A stretch of DNA of 64,000 nt from an uncultured virus (IMG/VR IMGVR_UViG_3300044699_000169) (Duplodnaviria; Heunggongvirae; Uroviricota; Caudoviricetes). Numbering within the stretch: the first letter of the stretch is position 1; every line of letters starts with the position of its first letter. The stretch lies in the IMG/VR virus record IMGVR_UViG_3300044699_000169; one strand, given 5' to 3'. The position numbers and the translations under genes are program-made. Positions 13,316-22,053 of this stretch are shown here, piece by piece. Below the pieces are notes generated by a model. That model did not search any database, was not told the origin of the DNA, and saw only the letters and a list, made by a program, of their open reading frames with translations.

Positions 13316-13666
13316 ATGATCATGGATAGGGAAACGCCTCGAGATTGGGTTTGGGCCTATCATGTCACACCCGAAGGGAACCTCGATTCGATCGCAAGGG
13401 AGGGGCTAAAACCAAATCTTCATGAACACGCCCCCGACATCCCTGTTGTCTTCGTAGAACCTGACTTGGAGGGCGTGACACCGTATTATGGAGAAGGGAT
13501 GGCGGTCCTAAGGTTCAAGACCCCGGGGTTCGGAACCACCGAGGACGGCGAAGATGTCCTTTTCGCCGGGGATCCGCCGTTCGTGGGCCCTCCAGGCGAA
13601 GCGGGGGTGATTCCGCCAGAACGGATCCAGATCCTGGTCGACAGAAAGTTCCGGTGGCTCATATGA
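13316..13666 (+). CDS. ADP-ribosyltransferase-fold (KptA/Tpt1-like) protein
   Basis: AYHVTPEGNLDSIAREGLKP...VVFV...AVLRF...IPPERIQIL. Confidence 0.55.
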   Translation: MIMDRETPRDWVWAYHVTPEGNLDSIAREGLKPNLHEHAPDIPVVFVEPDLEGVTPYYGEGMAVLRFKTPGFGTTEDGEDVLFAGDPPFVGPPGEAGVIPPERIQILVDRKFRWLI

Positions 13667-13983
13667 ATGTGCGCGTGCTTGAAACGTCCAAGGAACAGGA
13701 AGAGGGCCTGCAGCACCTCAGGCAAATTCCGCCGGACACCCTCTACGTATTCCCGGTCGTCCCAGAAGGCACCGAGTTCCACTCGATGAACGTCCCCGAG
13801 CCGTTCGACATCGCGTTCCTGGCGGAGGACTACTTCGTCCTCACGCTCGCTCGAATGGTCCCGGAAGCAGACCGAATCAAGGCGCCGGCGAAGTCCGCGA
13901 TGGCGGTCGAGGCGCGCGCGGGGAACCTGGCCCGCTGGGGATTCTATCCGGGGAACACGATGTCACCGATCAGGGAGGCATGA
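13663..13983 (+). CDS. DUF192 family protein
   Basis: LYVFP...FHSMNVPEPFDIAFL...MVP...AVEARAG. Confidence 0.65.
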   Translation: MNVRVLETSKEQEEGLQHLRQIPPDTLYVFPVVPEGTEFHSMNVPEPFDIAFLAEDYFVLTLARMVPEADRIKAPAKSAMAVEARAGNLARWGFYPGNTMSPIREA

Positions 13984-14210
13984 TGGCGGACGACTGGCTG
14001 TTCGAGCTTCCGAAGGTGACCCGGACCTACTATCGCTGCTTGAAGGATCAGAAGGTCACCCAGAAGCAGCTCAAAAAGATCGTCAAGAATAATCCACGGA
14101 GAGCCGCGTCGCTCAAGAACAAGATCCACTCATGCGTTCTAGATGCGCACCCTTTCGTCAGAGGTCCGAGATACTTTGCCCCTGTAATTGTCGTCAAGAA
14201 ACCAAAGTGA
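13980..14210 (+). CDS. Small basic hypothetical protein
   Basis: Tiling, ATGA overlap. Confidence 0.5.
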   Translation: MMADDWLFELPKVTRTYYRCLKDQKVTQKQLKKIVKNNPRRAASLKNKIHSCVLDAHPFVRGPRYFAPVIVVKKPK

Positions 14211-14213
14211 TCT

Positions 14214-14666
14214 GTGCCGAGAAAAGAAGGCGACGAGATCTCTTTTGACGCCCAAGGAAGGCCGCGCTGGGGGCGAAAGGCTGCGGGAATTCTGATCCGC
14301 CGCACCGACAGCGGGATGTTCCTGCTCGTCATGCGATCCAATGAAGTCATGGATCCAGGCGTGCTCGGGATCCCTGGAGGCCGCATCGAGCCCGGAGAGA
14401 GCGAGGAAGTTGCCGCCATCCAGGAGGCGACGGAAGAGCTCGGACCCATGCCGCCCTTGAAGTTCGTTGATCGTGACGTCTATACGTCCGGAGACTTCTC
14501 CTATGTCACGTTCCTCGCCCTCATGAGTGGCGAAAATGCGGAAGACTGGAAACCGGAGTTAAACTGGGAAAACGATGCCTGGATTTGGGTCGATCTTTCT
14601 GATCTCGTGGGGATCAGGGAGATTCACCCGAACGTCCGTCGCGTTCTCGAAAAATGGTCAAGGTAG
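14214..14666 (+). CDS. Nudix hydrolase
   Basis: Nudix box GGRIEPGESEEVAAIQEATEELG; LNWENDAWIWV. Confidence 0.85.
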   Translation: MPRKEGDEISFDAQGRPRWGRKAAGILIRRTDSGMFLLVMRSNEVMDPGVLGIPGGRIEPGESEEVAAIQEATEELGPMPPLKFVDRDVYTSGDFSYVTFLALMSGENAEDWKPELNWENDAWIWVDLSDLVGIREIHPNVRRVLEKWSR

Positions 14667-14675
14667 AGGGTCACC

Positions 14676-14984
14676 ATGAAGAAAGTCTGGCTCGTCGAAT
14701 ACAAGGACATCGACCCGTGGGCTGGAGACAGGGCCGTCTACGCGAAGAAGGCGGATGCCTATGAGCGAGTCTCCGAGTCGATCAGCGGATGGGCCTCAGA
14801 AGAGCTCGAGGAGCACCAGAAATTCAAGGATCGCCAGGAAGAGCACATCGAAGCGCTTGAGAACGTCGTGAAGGCCGTCTCCGAGAAGAAGTTCGAAGAC
14901 GCCTACGACTACTGGAGAGAGTATGCCGACGACGCTGAACCGGACCAGGATCTCCTGATAGAAGAGCTCGACCTCATCGAGTAG
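14676..14984 (+). CDS. Acidic hypothetical protein
   Basis: GAGG then ATG, tiling. Confidence 0.55.
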   Translation: MKKVWLVEYKDIDPWAGDRAVYAKKADAYERVSESISGWASEELEEHQKFKDRQEEHIEALENVVKAVSEKKFEDAYDYWREYADDAEPDQDLLIEELDLIE

Positions 14985-14987
14985 CTC

Positions 14988-15929
14988 GTGATCGTCTATG
15001 TCGGTGCCGGGTCCGGGGCATTCCGAGATCTCGTGATCGCGGCCGGTCACGGCCAGATGGTGTCCCGCCAGGTCGGAGCCTTTCGGAACATCGAGTTCGG
15101 AAGGTGGGCTTTCGACAACGGCGCTTTCACGGACTGGAAAAACGGAAAGCCCTTCAACGATCAGGAATTCCTGTGGCGCGTTCGTCAGCTCGAGAAGCTT
15201 CCGCTTGACCGGCTTCCGGACTGGTGCGTCTGCCCCGATATGGTTGGGAAACGCCTCAGTCTTCTCTACTCGCTCGACTGGCGCGCCTACCTGAAGATCT
15301 ATGCCCCAGGCTTCAAGTGGTATCTCGCCGTCCAGGACTACATGGTTCCCGACGACGTCGAATACGCGCTTTCCCTCGAGCGGTTCGAAGGCCTTTTCGT
15401 AGGTGGCACGACGGACTGGAAGCACGAAACCGGGGCCGCGTGGGTCGAACTCGGTCACTCGCTTGGGGTCCCAGTCCATATTGCCAGAGTCAACGGTCCG
15501 ATCTGGCTTCAATGGGCCGTCGATATCGGCGCGGATTCGGTGGATGGCACCGGATGGGTTCGCGCCGGCGCGAAATGGCTTCCCCTACTCAAGAACGTCC
15601 CGAAACCTTCCGGAAGAGCCGTCTCCCGAGAGATCCCGGACGAATGGCTCAAGTTCGAGAAGTTTCTGGAGAAGATCTACAGGACTCCGGAGGAATGGAT
15701 CACGCGCCTCCCGGAGGACGCCGAAGACGACTGGGAGCGCTACGACCGTATCGCGACCATGAAGATGGACGAATTCGTCGACTGGTACGACAGGATGTAC
15801 GGGCTGTATGTCCGGGCTCCGAAGCCCGGGTTCCGATCCAAGCGGGACTTCAACAACTGGAAGTTCGGGCTGGTCGATCAGGCGGAGCGGTTCCTGGGAA
15901 AGCGTCCGGCTCCTCCGGTCTTCTTGTAG
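14988..15929 (+). CDS. TGT/DpdA-like TIM-barrel protein (possible base-exchange DNA modification enzyme)
   Basis: WAFDNGAF, CPDMVG, AVQD, LFVGGTTDWK, VHIARVN, GADSVDGTG. Confidence 0.6.
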   Translation: MIVYVGAGSGAFRDLVIAAGHGQMVSRQVGAFRNIEFGRWAFDNGAFTDWKNGKPFNDQEFLWRVRQLEKLPLDRLPDWCVCPDMVGKRLSLLYSLDWRAYLKIYAPGFKWYLAVQDYMVPDDVEYALSLERFEGLFVGGTTDWKHETGAAWVELGHSLGVPVHIARVNGPIWLQWAVDIGADSVDGTGWVRAGAKWLPLLKNVPKPSGRAVSREIPDEWLKFEKFLEKIYRTPEEWITRLPEDAEDDWERYDRIATMKMDEFVDWYDRMYGLYVRAPKPGFRSKRDFNNWKFGLVDQAERFLGKRPAPPVFL

Positions 15930-15952
15930 CTCTGCCTGACTCTGGGTATAAT
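15924..15952 (+). promoter_or_regulatory. sigma70-like promoter
   Basis: TTGTAG-17 bp-TATAAT, 11 nt before ATG 15964. Confidence 0.5.
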
Positions 15953-15963
15953 TTCCTCGAGCC

Positions 15964-16395
15964 ATGAAAGCATCCGTTTTCGGGCCTCCACGGTTCATGC
16001 CGCGAACGCTTGCGGGCCCAGCGCTCGCTCAGGCGGAAGCTGAGCCGATCACCCTTACCCGGGAACTTGCTCAGGCGGTGAGCGATGCGATCAAGGTGCT
16101 CACCCAGAACCCAGGAAATCCCGAGGTCTACACAAAGGAGGCCTGCTGGCGGGATATCCGGTCCAGGCGCTGGGGAAACGTTACGGCGCTCCAGAATAAG
16201 ATTTCGAAGTTCCTTTCCGGGAACGATCCGGAGCTCGTGGTCTCCGACCAGGAGTGGTCGCTGACCGAAGAATTGATCGAATGCGTCGAGTCGATCAGTT
16301 CCCTCACGCACCAGAGCACGGAATCGACGCTCAAGACGATCGGCGCCCTGGTCGGCGTTGCGGGAGGGGTGGCGACATTGCTCGCCCTGCTATGA
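15964..16395 (+). CDS. Protein with Arg/Pro-rich leader and C-terminal membrane anchor
   Basis: MKASVFGPPRFMPRTLAGPALAQ...; ends IGALVGVAGGVATLLALL. Confidence 0.65.
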   Translation: MKASVFGPPRFMPRTLAGPALAQAEAEPITLTRELAQAVSDAIKVLTQNPGNPEVYTKEACWRDIRSRRWGNVTALQNKISKFLSGNDPELVVSDQEWSLTEELIECVESISSLTHQSTESTLKTIGALVGVAGGVATLLALL

Positions 16396-17765
16396 GACCT
16401 TCTTTGAACCGCGGCGGCGTCTTTGGCGGCGGTCCATTCTCGCCGATGCTCGGGAGAACAATCCCGATTCGTGGACGTCAGCTGGGCGTCCCCCAAGGGC
16501 TTCCTCCAACTTGCGGCCCGAACGAAACGCTCAAGGTCAAGGTCGTGAACCTTGTGGAGCAGTGGGTTTGCGAGCCTACTGGCGGAGCAACGCCAGCGCC
16601 TGCCTGTCAGGTTCCGGCTGGCGTTTCGTTTGATGACCCCGTCTACGCTTGTCCGAAGCCCGACGGGACCTTCGACATCATCCACGGGACCACCTTGGGA
16701 ACGATTCTAGTATCAGTTTCCCAGGACTGCGTCAACTTGTTCAGCCATGTGACGACTCTAGATCCCAGCTGCGCTATCGGTCGGGGAGGGACTCCAGCTC
16801 CGGCTCCAACTCCTGCTCCGACTCCTGCTCCCGCTCCGACTCCCGCCCCTTCTCCCGCTCCCACCTCTTCTCCGGCGTGCCAGGTTCCAGCAGGTTACGA
16901 ACCTCTTCCGGGTGGAGGAGTCTCAGCGGGTCATGCGGTGTGGGCATGTCCGCTCGGAGATGGGACGTACAACATCCTCAATCCTTCGGATTTCTCCGTC
17001 ATCTTGGAGAGCGTCCCGAAAGAGTGCGTCGATCTCTTCGGAGACGTCACGTACAAGGAAGAGGGCGGTTGCGGGCATCCGGCAACTCCGACGACCGGGC
17101 CGTGCGCGCTTCCAAAAGGGTCCCTCTACATCATGTGCCCGCCGTCGAACGGGATCACAGTGAACTACTTCCTGCCGGCGAAGTCGGCGGCTTACGAACA
17201 GAACATGACCACGCAATCTCCGGAGTGTGCCAACCAGGAGAACGTGATCAAGGTCGACGCCAGCAGCCCCTATTGTGGCGGAGGAGGCGTTGATGGCGCG
17301 GGAGATGCGTACCCCGACCTCGTCGCTTGCATCCGGACACCCGGCACAAGCGGTCAGCAGGGAATGCTCGTCGATCTCTTCAATGGTCCGGATCACGCGC
17401 CTCTCGAGAAGAACGTTCCGGTCCAGGACATTCCGACGCTTTACCCGGGCCGTAGGTGGATGCTTGCCACGGACCAGCGTTGTTCAGCTCTTCCGGACTT
17501 CTCTCAGTACGGTCAGGCTCCAGCTCCGACGCCGACGCCAACTCCGACGCCGACGCCAACGCCAACTCCAACTCCAACTCCAACCCCGACTCCAACCCCG
17601 GGGCCTACGCCGACTCCGGTCGAGCCGATCCCGGGGCAGCCAGTGATCGTCGTTCAGATGCCGATGCCCTCAGCCCAGCCGTCTCCGTGCGACGCGGGAT
17701 CCTGGCTCAGGAAGTACAAGATGGCGGGCCCGCGTCAGGTACCACTTAGAAGAGGACCGTTCTGA
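16392..17765 (+). CDS. Cys-rich repeat-domain, Pro/Thr-linker protein
   Basis: Repeated PACQVPAG..ACP..DGT(F/Y)..I modules; (PT)n and (PAPT)n linkers. Confidence 0.7.
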   Translation: MRPSLNRGGVFGGGPFSPMLGRTIPIRGRQLGVPQGLPPTCGPNETLKVKVVNLVEQWVCEPTGGATPAPACQVPAGVSFDDPVYACPKPDGTFDIIHGTTLGTILVSVSQDCVNLFSHVTTLDPSCAIGRGGTPAPAPTPAPTPAPAPTPAPSPAPTSSPACQVPAGYEPLPGGGVSAGHAVWACPLGDGTYNILNPSDFSVILESVPKECVDLFGDVTYKEEGGCGHPATPTTGPCALPKGSLYIMCPPSNGITVNYFLPAKSAAYEQNMTTQSPECANQENVIKVDASSPYCGGGGVDGAGDAYPDLVACIRTPGTSGQQGMLVDLFNGPDHAPLEKNVPVQDIPTLYPGRRWMLATDQRCSALPDFSQYGQAPAPTPTPTPTPTPTPTPTPTPTPTPTPGPTPTPVEPIPGQPVIVVQMPMPSAQPSPCDAGSWLRKYKMAGPRQVPLRRGPF

Positions 17766-18318
17766 TGCCTGCTCGTCATATGTTCGGGTCTCCAGGATTT
17801 TCCGCCATGGCGGGGAGGCGGATCCCTCTGCGTGGACTTTCGGGTTGGGTCAGGCCTCTCGAACCTCCCCAACCCCAGTTCCTGCTCCGACTCCTGCGCC
17901 TCCGACGGAATGTCCCGAGGGGCAGATCCTAGTCGACGGCGTATGCCATCCTGCACCTTCGGCGGCCGAAGTTACGACCCCTCCGCCGCCGACTCCGGTT
18001 TCAACTCCAGTACAGCAGACTTCTCCGACGCCTTCACCGCAACCTCAGCCGATCTCGACGGCTCCGCAGACTCAGTCGATCCCAATCTCGACGATGCCGC
18101 AACCTCAGCCGATTTCGACGGTTCCGCAGCCTCAGTCGATTCCAATTTCGACAATACCGCAGTCTCAGCCGATCCAAACGGCGTCGCCGATGGGGCCCGA
18201 AGGCATTCTCGTTCAGATACCACCGCCCGTATCCGTCCCATCGCCGTGCGATGCTGGGGCATGGCTTCGTTCAAAGCCGGCACTCGGTCAAGTTCGGCTT
18301 CGTCGGGGGCTTTTCTGA
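17765..18318 (+). CDS. Pro/Thr/Gln-rich protein sharing its C-terminus with the upstream gene; frameshift near 17845
   Basis: MPARHMFGSPGFSAMAGRRIPLRGLSG/LGQ...SPCDAGAWLRSKPALGQVRLRRGLF*. Confidence 0.6.
18037..18180 (+). repeat. Imperfect ~60-bp coding tandem repeat (PQPQPIST.PQ.QSIPIST)
   Basis: ccgcaacctcagccgat(c/t)tcgacgg repeated 60 bp apart, plus a partial third copy. Confidence 0.75.
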
Positions 18319-18719
18319 TGGAGAAGGTCCGCGTCAAGGAGATCTGGCTGAGGCGTGCGGAAGGTCCGACACAGGATCTTGGCGAGCGACTCGTCACTTC
18401 ATTCGAAGCCGCTGATGCCGTCCTTCGGAACTGGGCCCAGACCGCTCCGAAATGGGAAGGTTACCATAAGGTCGATTTCAGGGTGATCTGGGAAGACGGA
18501 GAGATCTACGAAGGCCGTTACGACCTGGTCCGACAGGACATGACGCAAGCGAATCTCGCGCAGCACATGCACGAGTTCTGCTCGTTCCACGGCGGCCTCT
18601 GGTGCCCTTCCCATATGAAGAAGGAAGTCTACGAGCAGTTCATCGAGCGCCAGGAGCAAAATCCGGACGCTCCGAAGCCGATGGAGTTCGCTCGATTTGT
18701 TGAAAAATACATTCCCTAG
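18318..18719 (+). CDS. LPD25-like (large polyvalent protein-associated domain) protein
   Basis: SFEAADAVL...GYHKVDFRVIWEDGEIYEGRYDL. Confidence 0.6.
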   Translation: MEKVRVKEIWLRRAEGPTQDLGERLVTSFEAADAVLRNWAQTAPKWEGYHKVDFRVIWEDGEIYEGRYDLVRQDMTQANLAQHMHEFCSFHGGLWCPSHMKKEVYEQFIERQEQNPDAPKPMEFARFVEKYIP

Positions 18720-18724
18720 AGGAG

Positions 18725-19126
18725 ATGACGGCCATGACGAAAGCTCTCGCGCGCTGGAAGCCTGCTCGGTGGACGCCGGCGATGAAGGGATCGCTTCCGT
18801 TCGGCCTCTCCAAGATCCCCGTCGAGAGCTACGGCGGAGCGGGCGGCGGTCTGCTGCTCGGCCTTCTGGTCGGTGAGCCTCTCGGGAACGCCCTCAAGAT
18901 CTCTCCGACGGCGACGACGGCGATCCTTTCGGCGATATCGGTGGGGATCCCGCTCGTCCTCAAGCCCAAGAAGATGATCTCGAATCAGCTGGCGAACATC
19001 TTCTATGGCGCAGGCGTGGGTTTCGGCGCCGCGACGGTGCTCAAGCTGCTCCAGCCGCTTTTCGGGCCGCCGGCGTCGGCGACAACTCAGGCGCCTGTTC
19101 CGGCCCCCGCTTCGGTGACTCGCTAG
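18725..19126 (+). CDS. Membrane protein with about three TM segments
   Basis: Hydrophobic Gly-rich helices after a basic leader; GAGGAG SD. Confidence 0.6.
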   Translation: MTAMTKALARWKPARWTPAMKGSLPFGLSKIPVESYGGAGGGLLLGLLVGEPLGNALKISPTATTAILSAISVGIPLVLKPKKMISNQLANIFYGAGVGFGAATVLKLLQPLFGPPASATTQAPVPAPASVTR

Positions 19127-19782
19127 AGAATTTCGAGCTGGTAGCTCGCGATTTCCTCGTCGGTGAGCGGGTGCTCGTAGCCCACGACGCCGAAGCGGTG
19201 CCTTGATATCGGCAGATCCTCTCGCCGCTCGAATCCCGGCATCTGAGGACGTTCCAGCAGGATCCATCCTGGGGGCAGGGTCGCAAAACTCGGCGGGCGA
19301 TACTTGAGCGCGTAGCGGTGGATCGTTGCGCCCATGCGGGGTCCCTCAAGCGTTGGGATGAACGTGGGACCGGGCATTTCGATCGGCTCGTCGACCATGA
19401 AATAGGGCATGTCCCAGCCCAGATAGGCGAGCGCGAAGGCTCGGTGCCACCCCTCGTCGGCCACGGGAGGCTGCTGGAGGCCCTCACGTTCGATCTGGCG
19501 CGCGAAAGCGATCAGGTCGGGGTCGTGGACCCTCTTCGAGTAGCCCTTCTCGCCGAAGCGCTCCTGAAGCATCCGGACGAGCTCCTGGTGGGGGACCATC
19601 ACGAGTTTGTAGGTGACGGTCCTGGCGGATCGCCCGTAGTGGGCTTCGATGTCGTCGTTTTGGGAGAGCGCGTCTTTTCGGACGCCTTTGGGGAGGTCAT
19701 TGAAAGAGTAGCTTTCCCCGATGACGTAGGACTTGTTGTCGAATCGGTAGGCTTCCGAGGTGATTCTCTCTCCGAGTCTCAT
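19123..19782 (-). CDS. ParB/Srx-like domain fused to a DarA_C-like domain
   Basis: QIEREGLQQPPVADEGWHRAFA; linker TLEGPRMG; YALKYRPPSFATLPPG...RHRFGVVGYEHPLTDEEIASYQL. Confidence 0.6.
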   Translation of the reverse strand: MRLGERITSEAYRFDNKSYVIGESYSFNDLPKGVRKDALSQNDDIEAHYGRSARTVTYKLVMVPHQELVRMLQERFGEKGYSKRVHDPDLIAFARQIEREGLQQPPVADEGWHRAFALAYLGWDMPYFMVDEPIEMPGPTFIPTLEGPRMGATIHRYALKYRPPSFATLPPGWILLERPQMPGFERREDLPISRHRFGVVGYEHPLTDEEIASYQLEIL

Positions 19783-19808
19783 GGTCCGAGTATACCAGAT
19801 CCCAAGCC

Positions 19809-20213
19809 TCAAGCCAGGCGTTCGTAGACCTTGATCTTGTCCGGAACGATGAGGCCCCAATAGCGCACCGATTTGATGACCTCGAGCGATGTCTTCCAGT
19901 CGTATTTGTCCCGAGGCCATGGGACGTTCCCCTCCTTCACGGCTTGGTGATAGGCGTATACGGACGGATAGCCCATCTCTTCGACGGCTTCGAAGATCGG
20001 CTCTTGGAACATGGGGAGGTCGGCCTCGAGCTTCGATGTGTCGTCGACGGTCACTTCCAGGATGATCGGAGAGCTTCTGGCGACATCGGCGGCCTCTTCC
20101 GCAAAGAACCACGCCACCGTCTCAAGGGTCGTGAGATAGGGATTCCGTAGACCTCCGGACTGCTGAATGATCAGCCAGTCTCGTTCGGAAGTTCCGTGGA
20201 GAAGACGCATCAT
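19809..20213 (-). CDS. ADP-ribosyltransferase-fold protein
   Basis: LLHGTS...IQQSGGL..PYLTT..VAWFFA...IILEVTV. Confidence 0.5.
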   Translation of the reverse strand: MMRLLHGTSERDWLIIQQSGGLRNPYLTTLETVAWFFAEEAADVARSSPIILEVTVDDTSKLEADLPMFQEPIFEAVEEMGYPSVYAYHQAVKEGNVPWPRDKYDWKTSLEVIKSVRYWGLIVPDKIKVYERLA

Positions 20214-20233
20214 CTTAGGGTACCCTTTGCATT

Positions 20234-20527
20234 ATGACGATGCTAGAATTCAAATCTATGAGCAAACCAGTCTGGCATACCGACATCGTCGTGAATGGCC
20301 AGGGTTTGGGCCTGAAGATCTCCCCAGAGAGAAGAGGATGTTACCGGATCGAGCTCAAGCCCGATACGCCCGGCCCCGCCGCGGCAAGAGCCAAAAAGAA
20401 ATTCCTGAAAGCCGCCAATGTTTCGGGTGCCTGTCACAGGGAGCCCGGAAGCCTCAAGAAGGCGGCCGAGCGAGGGGTCAAAAAGACTCGGGCACGATGG
20501 AACCGGTGGCATAGGGAGAGCTACTAG
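20234..20527 (+). CDS. Basic hypothetical protein
   Basis: ORF divergent from the 20213 gene. Confidence 0.45.
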   Translation: MTMLEFKSMSKPVWHTDIVVNGQGLGLKISPERRGCYRIELKPDTPGPAAARAKKKFLKAANVSGACHREPGSLKKAAERGVKKTRARWNRWHRESY

Positions 20528-20574
20528 GTGATCAAGTTCAAGGTCGGTAGGCCCGACTGAAATTAGGGGGCGGC

Positions 20575-21102
20575 GTGCCGATCATCGACCTTCGGAAACA
20601 CTTCGGGCTTTGGGATCGCTGCGGCAAAACCTCCTACTGGAGGCTGATCGGCCTCCCAGAATATCAGCTGATCCTAGTCGATCCTCTCCATGGACGAATG
20701 ATCACGGCGTTCGACCATCCGTATGTAGGAGGTCCGGCCAAAGCCGTGGTCGTCCGGAATTCGGAGAAGATCGGGAGGCGGGATATCCGGAATGCCTACG
20801 AGAATGTCCAGCCTTGGGTAGAGCGGGTTATGGGGGACTTCTTTGCGGGGATGGCGGCGATTGAGAGAGGCGTCGTCAAGGAGACTCCAGAGGATTTCTT
20901 TTTGAAGTACTACGAGGACCAGACACAGAAGTACAAAGAGACCGGCGAGGGCCACAGCGATTTCACAGGAAAAGACGAACTCCTGATGGCCACCAAAAAG
21001 CTTCTTGCCGCATTCGAGGAACGCGCGGTCGTTCTCCGGAAGATCATTCTTCGGGAGGAGCTCGACGAGTTTCTTGAGAGCTACGGCATCTTGGAGTGCT
21101 GA
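20575..21102 (+). CDS. Hypothetical protein
   Basis: 175-aa ORF with protein-like composition. Confidence 0.55.
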   Translation: MPIIDLRKHFGLWDRCGKTSYWRLIGLPEYQLILVDPLHGRMITAFDHPYVGGPAKAVVVRNSEKIGRRDIRNAYENVQPWVERVMGDFFAGMAAIERGVVKETPEDFFLKYYEDQTQKYKETGEGHSDFTGKDELLMATKKLLAAFEERAVVLRKIILREELDEFLESYGILEC

Positions 21103-21151
21103 CATCCCCAAGGCTTCAAACCAGCCGCCGAACCTTCTTGACGAAATCTTC

Positions 21152-21179
21152 TTGACTCTTCACGTATACGCCGTATATT
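21152..21179 (+). promoter_or_regulatory. GTATAC-type promoter/operator, copy 1
   Basis: TTGACT-cttcacGTATACgccg-TATATT; GTG 7 nt downstream. Confidence 0.75.
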
Positions 21180-21186
21180 CACGTTC

Positions 21187-21408
21187 GTGAGCACCGAGCG
21201 GCGCGACCAATCCAAACCCGAAGGGAAAACCATGGATTTTGTCGATAAGACCGGAGTGCCGCGCCCAACCGAGGATGTCGAAGCTGCTCTCCAGGCGGTT
21301 AAGGAACGAATCGTGAAGGGCCCTCACGACGTGTTCACGATGCATCTCATCGTGGTCAAGGACGTCCTCGAGGCGGAGCTTCGGGCCCGAGAGGCGAGGG
21401 GCGGATGA
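21187..21408 (+). CDS. Small hypothetical protein
   Basis: Directly follows the promoter. Confidence 0.5.
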   Translation: MSTERRDQSKPEGKTMDFVDKTGVPRPTEDVEAALQAVKERIVKGPHDVFTMHLIVVKDVLEAELRAREARGG

Positions 21409-21947
21409 AGCTCAAGATTGTTGTCCTGCAGGTCTCTTCCTACACCCAGATCGGCAGCTTCAACGCCGAACATTGGTACGGAAAGCTCCACTGCATCGAC
21501 GAGAGCGGCCGCAAGTCCCACGAACTCAAGCGCAAGCTCACCGATCAGAAGGAAGTCGACCATCTCAATGAGAAGGACGAGACCAGCGAACTTTCTGCAT
21601 TCAAGATCGGCGACGAGACGAACCGTTTCAAGACCCGGGAAGATGTCGAAGCCGAAGCGGTTCGTCAGTGGAAGGCGGCGTTTCCAGACTACGACGCGCT
21701 CGTGGTCGGCCTCACGGCGGTCGCGGACCCTCAGCGCCCTCTCGATGCCAAGCATCCGACAACCCTGAAGATCCTGAAATGCTTCTGGGATGCCGCTCAG
21801 AAGACTGGCGGGTACGAGAAGAATCCGAAGGCTATGGACGCCATTTTCCGGGAGTATTTGACCTGGTCGAGTGGGAGCAGTCCGAAGAAGAAAAGGAGTC
21901 GCGCAGCGCGTCGAGAGGGCCCCCGTGCGCCCGTAAAAGGGCCCTAA
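21405..21947 (+). CDS. Hypothetical protein
   Basis: ATGA overlap, 180 aa. Confidence 0.6.
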   Translation: MKLKIVVLQVSSYTQIGSFNAEHWYGKLHCIDESGRKSHELKRKLTDQKEVDHLNEKDETSELSAFKIGDETNRFKTREDVEAEAVRQWKAAFPDYDALVVGLTAVADPQRPLDAKHPTTLKILKCFWDAAQKTGGYEKNPKAMDAIFREYLTWSSGSSPKKKRSRAARREGPRAPVKGP

Positions 21948-22053
21948 TCCGTCCCCCTCAAACGTGCCGGATGGCGCGGGGAGAGTCGGGAATTCCTTGG
22001 GGGATGAACGGTGACCCGGCGGGTTGTCTCTCGATGCGCTGCGCGGAGTGCAG

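Noticed and set aside
8180..17620. (CCGACN)n arrays at ~8180-8232, 8840-8910, 16790-16866 and 17517-17620 as CRISPR or iteron repeats
   Set aside because: They are 6-bp-period coding repeats for Pro-Thr/Pro-Ala with third-position variation and no spacers
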